Below, piece after piece: positions 12,792 to 24,610 of a DNA stretch of 64,000 bases (its first letter is position 1; each line of letters begins with the position of its first letter). The stretch comes from Mobula hypostoma (taxonomy: Eukaryota). The position numbers and the translations under genes were made by a program. Location: the NCBI RefSeq assembly GCF_963921235.1, contig NC_086097.1, positions 122,514,001 to 122,578,000 of the forward strand, in the 5' to 3' direction. The notes under the pieces were generated by a model that was not told where the DNA came from, searched no databases, and was given only the letters and a program-made list of their open reading frames with translations.

Positions 12792-13572
12792 AACCTAACA
12801 AAGGATCTTTAAAGAACCCATTGGAAACCAGCCAAAGTTTAATAGGTTTTAAATGAAGATACTTCCCCACCTGTAATGCTGAGAGAAATGGGAATATGTT
12901 TGCAATCATGAACATTACCTACTTCTGCTCAGACCCATTTACAAGGGTGTTTGCCAGGACTTGAGGACCTTAATTATGGAGAAAGGTCGAATAGGTAAGG
13001 ACTTCATTTCCTTGAGCATATGAAAATGAAGTGAAATTTGACTGAAATACACAAAATTGTGAGTGGTATAGATAGGGCAAGTGCATGCAGACTTTTCCAC
13101 TGAGGTCAGGTGAGACTCGAACTAGAGGTCATAGGTTAAGGATTCATAGGTTAAGGATGAAGGGTGAATATTTAAGGGGAACCTGAGGAGGAACTTCTTC
13201 ACTCGGAGAATATTGTGAATGTGGAACGAGCTGCCAGAGGAAGTGGCAGATGCAGGTTCCATTGCAACATTTAAGAGAAGCCTGGATGGATACATGGATG
13301 GGAGAAGTATGGTCTGGGTGCGGATCGATGGGACCAGGAAGTATATCAGTTCAGCACGGACTAAACGGGCTAAAGAACTGTTTCTGAGCTGTAGTGCTCA
13401 ATGGCTCCTTATGACTCTATGCAACCTAACCAATGGTCTTTAAAAAGGCTATTGGACATCAGCCAAAATATAGCAGGTTTTAAATGAAGATACTTCCCCA
13501 CATGTTGTGCTAGGTGAAATCAGAATGTGTTTGTCATCATGAATAACATTGCCAACTTCTGCTCAGACCTCA
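12792..13572. repeat. ~145-bp diverged direct repeats (12792-12937, 13423-13572) flanking the CR1 fragment
   Basis: Both copies read AACCTAAC...TCTTTAAA...ATTGGA...CAGCCAAA...AGGTTTTAAATGAAGATACTTCCCCAC...ATCATGAA...ACTTCTGCTCAGACC. Confidence 0.85.
12938..13422 (+). mobile_element. CR1 LINE 3' fragment
   Basis: GAACTTCTTCACTC...MWNELPEEVADAGSIATFKRSLDGYM; tail ATGACTCTATG. Confidence 0.8.
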
Positions 13573-15097
13573 ATCTAAGGACGTCTTCTTTATGCTGAAC
13601 ATTTTCCCTCCTTTGCTCACTTCTCTACAAACTACACTCAAAACACCATAACCACATTTTTACTGTATCTCCCCCACACTTCGTAAACATGCAAAAACAC
13701 AGTCCTCTCCAGAATCTACTTGACGATCTACTGTGAATAGACAGTTCCATAGACTAACCTCACTGACAGCTAGGCCCAGTGAAGTGTTCCATCGTTAAGG
13801 ACCCCGACCACCCAGGACATGCCTGCTACTCATTACGACCATAAGAGAGGAAGTACAGAAGAAGAGCCTCAGCTTGAAACGTTGACTGTTTATTCATCTC
13901 CATAGATAATGCCTGACCTGCTGAGTTCCTCCAGCATTTTGTGTGCGGTGCTTTAGATTTCCACCATCTGCAGACCTTCTCGTGTCAATGTTTTAGGAAC
14001 AGTTTCTTTCCCTCTGTCATTAACTTTCTGATTGGCCATGAACACTACCTCATTATCTGTGCTCTGTTTTTGCACTACTTAATTTTTTAACAATGTCGTA
14101 TTGTGACTTATAGTAATTTTTGTATGTATTGCACTATACAGCTGCCGTAAAGCAACATATTTCATGACATACAGTTCTCTACATCAGTCATAATAAAACC
14201 TGTTTCTGATTCTGAGTGTGTCTCAGACATAAATGTTTCAGTGCGGAAATTAGACCAAGCAGCTGGTCCATTCCGGCAGGATATTAGCTTTAAAATTTTA
14301 CACAGGTTGTGTGTGATTGAATATTTAATGTAATGCTTCATGCCATTACCAATGCTCCCTCATGTCTGGTTAGAAGATCTTGCTGACTGGAGACAGGTTT
14401 CCCCACTTAATGGATTGTTCAGATAAAACACTCACCTTAATTTTTCATCCCACTCCCAAGAAAATCCAGCCTTCTAATTCACATTTCTAATGTTGAATTT
14501 TTAAAAATTCTTCTAATAATTTTATTTATTATTCCTTTCCTCTAACTTTATTCACCTCAACACTGAACTGATCCTATGACCAACAGAATCACTTTCAATG
14601 ACTCTACAACACACAGTCTCAATATTATTTATTTATCTATCTATCTATTTATCTGTTTATTTATTATTTTATTCTCTGCATTGGAACGGTTTATCTTCTT
14701 TAGCACATTGATTGTTTGTCAGTCTTGTTTGTGTGTAGGTTTTCATCAACTCTGTTGTAGCTCTTTGTTGTACTGTGAATGCCTGCAAGAAAATGAATCT
14801 CAGGGTGGTATATGCCAACATATACGTACTTGGAATATAAATTTACTTTGAACTTTGAATTAATACCTCACTTTGATGTCAAAGTTGTTATTCACTAACC
14901 TTGACCACTCTCTTTCCATTGGCCTGGCATTTTTTCTTCATAGTTTCTCCAGATCACCACCCTGTGACGGACCTTGCCTTTTGTTCTCTCTGGCCTTTTC
15001 AACCCCACGCCCTGCTCCACGACTTCCTCTGCAGTTTAATTATTTTGTAATTTCCTATCTTTTTACAAATCAGAGGCAGGTCATCAATCTCACATAA

Positions 15098-15285
15098 TAC
15101 ACACAAAATGGTGGAGGAACTCAATAGGTTAGGCAGCATCTAAGGAGAGGAATAAAGAACCAATGATTTGACCCAGAACATTAGCTCTTTATTCTTCTCC
15201 ATAGATGCTGCCTGACCTGAGTTTCTCCAGCATTTTGTGTGTGTTACTCTGGATTTCTAGCATTGCAGAATCTGTTGTGTTTATC
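15098..15285. repeat. Penelope-end-derived inverted repeat (hairpin)
   Basis: ACACACAAAATG.TGGAGGAACTCA..AGG..AGGCAGCATCTA.GGAGAGGAATAAAGA pairs with TCTTTATTCTTCTCCATAGATGCTGCCTGACCTGAGTTTCTCCAGCATTTTGTGTGT. Confidence 0.75.
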
Positions 15286-15689
15286 TAACCTGTTGCCCGC
15301 TCCTATCTAAATGGATATTGCATACCCTCCTAAGTATTTCCAGCATTTTCTGTTTCACATTTCTAGCAACTGTAAAAAGATTCTAATATCTGCATTATTT
15401 TGTTTTTCACAAAAGATCATTCGGTCAACTTCTGATATGAAAAAAAAGCATTTGCTATTTTTTTTCTTTAATTTGCTTGAAAGTTTCTGTCCTCATGTCT
15501 CTTCTGTACGGCCAATCCTGGACAATGATGTGAAGTGGACAATAATAATTCAGCATTCAGTTGTATGTGACTCAGCATTTTAAATTTCATTCACTTCAAT
15601 ATTAAACTAGCACATTGTAAACCTTGTGTCCCCAGTTACTATCACCATCTTTCTACTCCTGTTCCAGATCATATCATATTTATGTATTT

Positions 15690-17160
15690 ATACAGAGAGG
15701 AGGTGGAAGAGCTTAAGGACTAGTGCCAGGCCAAGTAACCTCTTCCTCAATAACAACAAGACAAAGGAGATGGTTATCGACTTCAGGAGTACTCGCAACA
15801 CTGACACTCCTCCTTATATCAGCAGCACAACAGTGGAAACTGTGAGCAGTTTCAAACTCCTGAGAGTGCACATCTCACACAACCTCTCATGGTCCCAGGA
15901 CACATACTCCACAGTGAAGAAAGCTCTGCAATGGCTCTACTTTCTGTGAAGGCTGAAGAGAACTGGGCTATGTATATCAATACTCTATATATACGTAGCT
16001 TAGAGCATCCTAACATGCTGTGTTACTGTGTGGTACGGAAACTTCACTGCGACGGACAGGAGGGCTCTACATAGTGGATAAAACGGCCCAAAGCATCACT
16101 GACACCATCCTATTCATTATGAAGGATATATATACAGAAAGGTGCCAGAAGGCCATAAATAGAGGCGGGAGGAGAAGATGGCAGCGCGCCTGCGCATGCG
16201 CAGCCCTCTGGTGAAAAATGATATCGTATCTGTTAAACAGGGGCCGTGGACAATTTTGATTTGATGGAGGAAGGACGTGAAAGCACAGAGGAATATCTGG
16301 AGAAATTTCTGAAACGCTCGTTCGCTGCTGTCGTTACTGTGTGGTCGGGAATCTTTCGGAGGGTAGGCCTCAAAATCCCCGGCCTTGCCTGCTTTTGGCG
16401 ACCGAGAAGGAGGTCAAATCGATCGGACAGAGATGGCGCTCAGTACTCGGTGTCGGAGAGCTGATCAGAGCTCGAAGTTTTCGGAAGACTCAGAGTCGGA
16501 CTGTGGTCGGCGTGGCAGGGAGAGTTTTTCTTCCTTCTCCCGTCTGCGTGAGATGTGGGACATTTGAGAGACTTTGAACTTTACTGTGCTCATGGACTTC
16601 TTCATCAAGTTACGGTATTGTTGCACTGTTGTAACTATATGTTATAATTATGTGGTTTTGTCAGTTTTTTCAGTCTTGGTCTGTCCTGTGTTTTGTGATA
16701 TCACACCGGAGGAAATAATGTATCATTTCTTAATGCATGCATTACTAAATGACAATAAAAGAGGACTACATGTCTTCATAATCTAAAATATCATGATGGA
16801 TCCCACCCACCATGCTCAAGGACTGTTTGTCCCACTGCCATCATAGAAGAGGCTATGCAGCATCCATACCAGGACCTCCAGACTTATAAACAGCTTCTTC
16901 CCCAAAGCTGTCAGGCTGATCAACACCTCCACTCATTAACCCAGCCCTCCACACTCACCAACACAATTATTTTATCATTTCCTGTCAGTCACCTTCTGCA
17001 CAGACACTCCTATACCTGGTGTCAATTATGTATATAAGCTAATCTTATGTACTTATATTGATTGTGTTTTTATTGTGTTATTGTATTTTTTTGTGCTGCA
17101 TCAGATTCAGAGTAACAATCATTTCATTCTCTTTTACACTTGACAATCAACAATCTTGAA
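15690..17160 (+). mobile_element. Rex1/Babar RT 3' fragment interrupted by family X
   Basis: NLFLNNNKTKEMVIDFR...VETVSSFKLL.VHIS..LSW...KKA.Q.LYFL; continues after 16788. Confidence 0.8.
16166..16788 (+). mobile_element. Non-autonomous retroelement (family X, copy 2)
   Basis: 5' GGGAGGAGAAGATGGC..CTGCGCATGCGCAG; CpG-rich body; 3' AATAAAAGAGGACT..ATAATCTA. Confidence 0.75.
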
Positions 17161-17744
17161 TAAACTCTATTTAACACGCTGGGATGATTTTTTTTCCATT
17201 AATAGCCTATTTGGAAGATCAAAGGCATTGTATGGAATCTGAATCTAAAGGGTCTTCAACTTGAAACATTGACTCTATTTAGATTCAGTCTCATTTATTG
17301 TCATATACACCAGAGTGTAAATAAAATGCCTGCTCCCATGATGCTGACAGAGCAATCAGTACACATGGTAATAACAAAAGCAACAACCAATGCAGTGACA
17401 AATGCAAAATCAACAGAATGGTACAAAATATAGCAGGGCAAACTGAGGTAGTGCAAATGTGGCAGCAATGGAAGAGGTAGATTTAAGAGTTTGAGAATGT
17501 GGCAGCTCTACATGAAGGAAATGTGAAAGAGGTGATTGCTTCAGGAGTCCAACAGCCGAGGGGAGGAGGCTGTTCCTGAGTCTGGTTGTCTGGACTTCCA
17601 AGCTCCTGTATCTTCTCTGAGAAAGCAAAAGGGAGAAAAGGGAATGACCAAGGTGGCTGTCATCCTTGATGATTTTGTTAGCCTTCCTGTTGCAACATTC
17701 CATGAAGATAGATGGATGGGAGTGTTGCGCCTGTGATGGATTAT

Positions 17745-18170
17745 GTCATCCGGATGCCTAACTCATGTCTCCCCAAACAGATCCTTCACTCCCAGTGGAA
17801 GGGAGTCAGTGAGCCCCTGGTGGGCAAAAGAAATGCTTCAAAGATAACATCAAAATCAGCCTGAAGGATTTCAATATCGTATCTAAAAACTGGGAAGACA
17901 TTAGGCTCAATATATGCACCTGGAGCAAATCTGTTCTGAAGGAGCTGTGCTACATGAGGTGGATCTCCATTGTGCCGCAGAGAACAAATGGCAGCTGGGA
18001 AAGGAGAGACTAACAAGCCAAAAGACCCAACTTCTAACCACAGACACCACTTACTCTTGCTCACACTGCACCAGAATATGTGGGTCTTGAATCAGCCTCT
18101 ATAGCCACCTGAGGATGCACCAATAGACAACCCCTTAGGAGGACATCCTACTCAACTCGAGTGATTGCAA
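17745..18170 (+). mobile_element. RTE (BovB-like) LINE 3' fragment
   Basis: Decayed VIRMP.S.LPKQIL...GGQ.K.F and C-terminal C..C...........H...H-like sequence. A second copy is at 22862-23160. Confidence 0.7.
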
Positions 18171-18459
18171 AGGAGGGAATGATCGGGTACTATTTACCAC
18201 TCTCTATAGGTCCTGACAGTCCAATACCATGTAGGCCTGAAATACAACCAGTCAGGATCTCTTCCCACCAATGCATCATAACCTGCTGGGTGTTTCCAAT
18301 CAATTTTGTTTTATTATTAAAAATGTTATAATAGCATGCTTGATAAATAAGAAAGGAATAAAATTTAAATCTGGGAGTTCACAATTGATCTCAAATGACC
18401 AAAATCAAATATACATATGTGGCTGGGATTTATTAAATGTCTTTTCTTCTAATCCTTAC

Positions 18460-18618
18460 CTCGACAGAAAGTTTGCTGTCTACTCCTCTCCTTAGCGGTT
18501 TATTTAGCAACAATCTTGTCCCACAGTTGCGTAGTTTATCAGCTGTTGCCCTTAGCACTAAAGTACTTCGACTTTTACAATTTTGGTTTAAGACTGAATC
18601 GCACTTGCCGGAGCACTC
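18460..18618 (-). CDS. Candidate coding exon (159 nt, phase 0-0), unidentified protein
   Basis: Minus-strand acceptor gcaattcttcag and donor GAG|gtaagg. The only open frame reads ECSGKCDSVLNQNCKSRSTLVLRATADKLRNCGTRLLLNKPLRRGVDSKLSVE. Unique DNA that retains CpGs. Confidence 0.4.
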
Positions 18619-19099
18619 CTGAAGAATTGCTTTCAATCAGAGTCAAGCTGTGTGTATTTTATGTTAAAGAGGCATTAGCACCTCATTTGGGGATTTTCAG
18701 GTTGGCTGAGTTCCTGGAACTACCAGGAGCAGCCTGCTTTGAAGCCCTCACTGTTCCATATTGGCCATTGGACAATGTTTACACCTTTGCTGATGCCATA
18801 TGTATTGAAGCAAGACTTTTTGACACATTGATTTTGTATGTTTATCTTTGTTTTAAAATGTTAAAAGATGCATTATGAAATCCAAACATAATTGTTAAAA
18901 GTAAATTAGTTCCTGGCTAGATGCAGCAAACCTGCCGATTTAAATTGCCGAAAACATTTTCATCTGTATTAAAGTATATCATAATTTTACGCTCTTTGTT
19001 TTTGCTATTTGTTACAACTGTAATGCACTAACAACATAAGCAAAAGGGCATAAAGTATTTTCATTTATATGTGGTATTCCTGTAGATGGCAAAGCAAAA

Positions 19100-19500
19100 C
19101 AGCATTGCCTATTGCTGCCTATTACAGCACTGGTGTTTAGGCCACCAATGAAGGTCCTCCATCTTGTCAGTAGCTTCCTCTTGGCTTTCAATACTGTCAG
19201 TCATGCAAGTTCCCGGATGAGACTCAGAAACACTGTTGCACTCAAATGCAGAAGGATTCTTCTTTGCTTTTTCCATAGCAATTTTGTTTTACCAGTCAGG
19301 GTTGTCAGCCCTGAGCTGAACCCCTGAACCTGGAGGAACAGTGGACCACTCTAAGTCTGACCTTTACTCTTTGACCTGTTTGGTATGGGTGACCCTACCA
19401 AGAGCCAAAGCATTAAGCCCTGACTCCAGACAACATATCCTGCTTTTATATATTGAGGTACGCAAGCCTCCACACCAAAACAAGGTTGTGACCCCTTGTT
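19100..19500 (-). mobile_element. RTE/Expander-related 5' fragment
   Basis: Minus-strand GCTCTTGGTAGGGTCACCCAT motif shared with 34665-34690. Confidence 0.45.
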
Positions 19501-20623
19501 TGTGTAAAAACCAACGCACCCAAATTTGTGCTGGGGACTGCACGCAAATGTTGCCACTCATTCCAGCACCAGCTTAATATTTCCACAATGCTCAGCAGAG
19601 AACAGCACAGAACACAACAAACAACAAAACAACACCTACAAACAAGCCCTTTTTCTCCTTTCCACACTCACACACATATACAGTCTTCTAACCCCAAGAC
19701 AGTCTGTCTTCTCCAGCCTACAGCCTCCAGCAGACTCGGATTCGGACTCAGACACACAGACCTTGGGCTCTTGACCTGCCTAGTGGACTTGCAGAGACTC
19801 ACAGCCAATAGGCTCTAGCCAATAGGCCTCAACATCCAGACTTCCAATTTGACCCTCTGTCTGAATTTTTCGACCACAGGATCCATTCACTGATCAATGA
19901 AATTCAGGCTTCAAACTGAGACTTGCTGATGATGGGACCCAGAACATTAGGCCTTGACCTCCAGTCTCACTGATTTGCAAATCCAGGAGGTCATCTATCC
20001 TTGTTTCTCCTCCCCGGACAGAACTCCAACTCCAGAATACGCCAACAAATCACTGGTCTGTTGACCTGGAATCCCGCCGGACATCCCAACCCAATCCATG
20101 GATGTCCCATGTCCATGTCACTGTCCTTCAAACACGGAGCAGAGATTTAAGTCTCTGGCATGTCCTCTAATTTTCCTAATTCCCCCACATCTTTATCTTC
20201 CAAACCATAACCTGATCCTTAAACCCCCTGTCCCCATAAACCCAGAAATCTACTAAAATACAAGATGAGATGATGGTGGGATGGTGAGATATTGAATATC
20301 AAGTGTGAGTGTTTTAGCCTCTCCTTAGAGAGGATCATTGTTCAGTACCTTTGAATGTCAAATGTAGTTTGCTAATTCAAGCTAATGTTGAAATTCAGGA
20401 TTGTTTAATGTCATTTCCAGTACACAAGTGTAAAGGAGAAAGAAATAATTGGTATTCCAGATCAGATGCTGCACAAAACAATAAGACAAAGAACACAATA
20501 AGTAAAAAAAAACATAAAATTGTATATACATGCATCCACTCAGTAGATTGATTGTATGAACATAAAGTGATGCTTGGTGTTGGAGTGTCTGTACATAAGG
20601 TAACTCTAATCAGAAATGACAAA

Positions 20624-20781
20624 TATCATTTTGGATCTCACCCTCCCCCTCTCACTTTCAAATCTCTTACTCATTCTTCCTTCAGTTAGTCCTGACGAAG
20701 GGTCTCAGCCTGAAACGTCGACTGCACCTCTTCCTAGAGTTGCTGCCTGGCCTGCTGCGTTCACCAGCAACTTTGATGTGT
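20624..20781 (+). mobile_element. Penelope-like element end fragment inside a Rex tail
   Basis: 8-bp TSD ATGACAAA (20616-23, 20782-89); same sequence as 26370-26530 and 51280-51420. Confidence 0.8.
20687..20724 (+). ncRNA. Minimal type I hammerhead ribozyme motif
   Basis: UAGUC-CUGACGA-AGG(GUCUCAG)CCU-GAAAC-GUC^-GACUG. Core intact, stem I UAGUC/GACUG, palindromic ACGU in place of stem III. Confidence 0.7.
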
Positions 20782-21844
20782 ATGACAAAGTAGTGGTCGG
20801 GTTTGCCATGGCGTGGTTTTGTAGGCTTGGGGAAAGTAACTGCTTTTCAGTCTGGTAGTTCTGGTGTTAATGCTACGTGACCTCCTCCCTGATGGGAGTG
20901 GAATAAACAGTCTATGAACAGAATGGTTAGGACCATTTATGGTATTGCTGGCCTTTTGTTGACACCTTTCTGTATATAGGTCCTTGATAGTGGGTAGGGC
21001 GCCAAGCCCTCGACATCAGATTCTGCTCCATTTGATGAGGAGTTGCAAATCAAATTGAATATTATGCAATCGTTAGTGCATATCCTTGCTTCATATAATG
21101 GAATAAAGTTCATTGATGGAAAAATCTATGGCTGCTTGGGTCCAGGATACCATCGTAAAGAACACGAGCATGAAGTAATTTTCTGTAAGGATTGACTTCC
21201 AATAGTCGTAATTATCTTCCTTGAAGATCATTCACTTTAGTTTTATCAACGAGCAATATTCAATATCATTATCATCTTCTGAACTTCCCTTCGCCATCAA
21301 ATTTCTGAACAGCCAATGGATCCCTGAACCCTACTTTACCTTTTGCTCTCTTTTTGCAATACATTGATTGTTCATAGTTCTTATTGTGACTTATAGTTTT
21401 TTATGTATTGCACTGTACTGCTGCCACAAAACAACAAATTTCACAACACGTCAGTGTCAATAAACCTGATTTTGATTTTGATTCTAACAACATCCTGTGG
21501 TAAGCATTGTGCCAAGAAGGAGAAGAGGCCCAAAGTGGTAAGATTTGTTTGCAACAAAGTTGCTGCCTGGCCTGCTGCATTAACCAGCAACTTTGATGTG
21601 TGTTGCATGAATTTCCAGCATCGGCAGAATTCCTCGTGTTTAGACTTGTTTACAAATTTCAATTTGTTCTACAGGTCAAGGGTCAAACAAAGATGAACAT
21701 GCTTGAATGGAGAAGAGCTAATTTTATTGACTTCAAGGTAAGACAAAAATGAACAGATACATAAGGAATTGGACATCTTCAAGAAAGGCTTGCTGCATTC
21801 TCATTATAATAAAAAATAGGACATCCTCCAAGAAGACTGTAAGC

Positions 21845-22225
21845 TCAGCATGTTCTTTCATGAGCATTAGCCTCCCCACTATTAAGGACATCCTCAATAG
21901 GCAATCCCTCAAGAAGGCAGCATCCGTCCTTAGGGACCCTCACCATCCAGGACACGCCCTCTTCTCATTACTACCATAAGGGAGGAGGTTCAGGAGCCTG
22001 AAGACACACACTCAGTGGATCCCCTATGCCAACAGATTTCTGAATGGACAATGAACCCATGAACACTACCTCACTATCTTTGCTCCCTTTTTGCACTACT
22101 TATTTATTTTTATATATTTCGGACTGCAATGTATGGTAATTTTTTAATGTATTGCACTGTGCTGCTGTGGCAAAACAACAAATTCCACGATCTGTGTCAG
22201 CAGTAATAAACCTGATTCTGAATAC
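21845..22225 (+). mobile_element. Rex1/Babar 3' fragment
   Basis: LPTIKDI...KKAASVLRDPHHPGHALFSLLP; tail AATAAACCTGATTCTGA. Confidence 0.75.
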
Positions 22226-22359
22226 TAAAGAGCATCAGATTACTAGTCTGACCCATGCCCCATGCGTCTATGGCCTTATCCTCCCTTAAAACTTTCATTT
22301 CCACTCACTTCCTCATCCTACTTCATTCTCATAGAATTTCAACATTATTCCTTTCAATC

Positions 22360-22860
22360 CTTTTTTTATTATTATTATTCAAAACTAAAACGAGTACATC
22401 GAAGTAAGCAACAATTACAATGTCTTAAGTAAAAAAACATTATTTTAAAGATTGAAAACATTTTGGTGATTTAAAAAAAAATCCCTACTAAGCAAGAAAA
22501 AGTGGGGGGAAAAAGAAACCCCATTAGGTGTTCAACTCCAGAGCCAAACGTCATACAAAAAGCTTTTGAAGATAAACTTCAAACCACCAGCAAGAAAAAA
22601 AACCAAAAATTTACAATTAGATTGTGGAGGAAATCTATCAATTAACTCAAATAATAATAACGAGCAAATGAACCCTACCTTTTCTCAAAATCAAACATAG
22701 GTTCAAAGGTTCAACTTCTAATTTTCTCCAAATTGAGCATCACTTGAGAGAACCATTGTGACAAAATGGGAGCTGATGTATCCTTCCACTTCAACAAAAT
22801 GGCCCTCCTAGCTATCAAAGTAACAAATGCAATAACATGTTGATCAGACACAGAGATACC
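22360..22860 (-). mobile_element. L1-clade LINE 3' end
   Basis: VIAFVTLIARRAILLKWKDTSAP.LSQW...NLEKIR, typical of fish L1 ORF2 C-termini; (AAT)n/poly-A tail at 22360-22380. Confidence 0.75.
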
Positions 22861-22861
22861 A

Positions 22862-23160
22862 CAAATTTCAACATTATATCGAAAAACTGGGAAGATGTTG
22901 CTCTGAATAGATACACCTGCAGGAAATGTGTACAAGAGGGAGCTGTGCTGCATGAGAAAGAGCTCCACTGTGCCACAGAGAACTAGCGCCAGCTACGAAA
23001 GAGCAGACTGAACAACCACAGGCCCAACTTCTAACCACAGCCACCACTTCCTCTTACCCACACTGCACCTGAATATGTGGATCCCTGATCGGCCCCTACA
23101 GCCACCTGAGGACACACCGATAGACAACCCCTTCGGAGAATATCAAACTATGACCACCCT
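22862..23160 (+). mobile_element. RTE LINE 3' fragment
   Basis: Homologous to 17868-18160. Confidence 0.65.
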
Positions 23161-24159
23161 CTAGATGAAAATGGCCCCCCTCAAAACCTTTCTCAATCTT
23201 TCACCCTAATTTTCCCTGGGTGGGGCGGGGAGGGGATGTCAGAGGTATATTTTTTTACCCTGAGATTGGTGGGTACATGGAACGCCCTGCTAAGGATGGT
23301 AAATGCATCAGGCACATCTAAGAAACTCTGATAATGGATGATACAAAAATGGAAGGTTATGTAGGAAAGAAGGGTTAGATTAATCTTAGAGGAGGTTAAA
23401 AGTTGGTACAACATACTAGGTTGACGGGCCTGCATTCTGCTATACAGTAATATTCAATGTTCTATGTAAATTTTGTCCTTTAAGTCATAGACACTTCCAG
23501 AAATTCTTTTTGGAACCATCTATTTACAGTTGTTTAAAAGCATGAATTCACATGATGTTACCAGATTAATATACCAAACAGTAATTTGCAAAGCTTTCTG
23601 GATATAATACACAACAGCAGTGTCACTCCACGATACATGTCACCCTCAAATTACAATGATTTCATCGAGCATGAATTTGTTGCTATGGTGATATTGGCAA
23701 GCAGGACCTTGAGATTGATTCTCCAGTAGCTAATTAGTGTCACTATTTGTTGGACCATCTGAGTGGGACACAATGATCCATTTGTATGTTGGATATTATT
23801 TAGTAAGAGAATACTTCCCACAACACTGCTTATTTGCTGAGTTTACTGTTCTCAGACTTCCCCTAATTTTGATGCCAACCATCAATAATAGGCAACATTA
23901 TCTGCATTTCACACAAGACACCCAGCAATAAAAAATTGGCTGCAAATATTCTTTGGCCTCTGCTAACTCTGTGCGATGCCCATGGAGCGATGTATGGGGT
24001 TTGCCCAGAATCATTTGTTCTTGACTTCTATCATTTCTTGTTCCTTGTTCCAGACACATACCATACTTATCACGCAGGCCCATGCACTGAGGTGGGAGGA
24101 GGGCCAAGAGGAAAAATTAAAAGTCTGACTTATTCTGTAAGACCTAGTACATCATCAAC

Positions 24160-24345
24160 GGCCTGTGTTCAATTCCTGCCGCAGTCTGCAAGGAATTTGT
24201 ACATCCTCTGGGTGCTCCTGTTTCCTCCCACATTCCAAAGCCGTGCTGGTCAATGGGTTAATTGGTCAAATGGGTGTAACCGGACGGTGCTGGCTCATTG
24301 GACTGGAAGAGCCTGTTACCATGTGATATCTGTAAACAAAATAAA
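24160..24345 (+). mobile_element. V-SINE/HE1-like SINE
   Basis: B-box-like GTTCAATTCC; TGGGTGCTCC.GTTTCCTCCCACATTCCAAAG; AATAAA tail. Confidence 0.7.
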
Positions 24346-24349
24346 CAAA

Positions 24350-24610
24350 TTTTTAATTCAACTTTTTGATTTTGGAGGTACGGGTCCTTCCGGCCCAACG
24401 AGCCCACCCCGCCCAATTACACCCATGTGACCAATTAACCCGCCAACCCGTAGGCCATTGGAATGTGTGAGGAAACCAGAGCACCCAGAGAAAACACACT
24501 TGGTCATGGGGAGAACGTACAAACTCCTTCCAGACAGCGTTAGGAAATGAACCCAGATTGCAGGGACTGTAATAACGTTGTGCTAACTGTCGGGTTACCG
24601 TGCTGCCGCA
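24350..24610 (-). mobile_element. V-SINE/HE1-like SINE, near full-length
   Basis: tRNA-like head GGCAGCACGGTA...GGGTTCATTTCC and V-domain TGGGTGCTCTGGTTTCCTCACACATTCCAA. Further copies near 27070-27235 (+), 29230-29460 (-) and 33050-33215 (+). Confidence 0.75.

Noticed and set aside
18516..18878. 120-aa plus-strand ORF
   Set aside because: Non-ATG start and no recognisable motif; it overlaps the better-supported minus-strand exon candidate.
24350..24610. tRNA gene
   Set aside because: Only a decayed tRNA-like SINE head; no cloverleaf.
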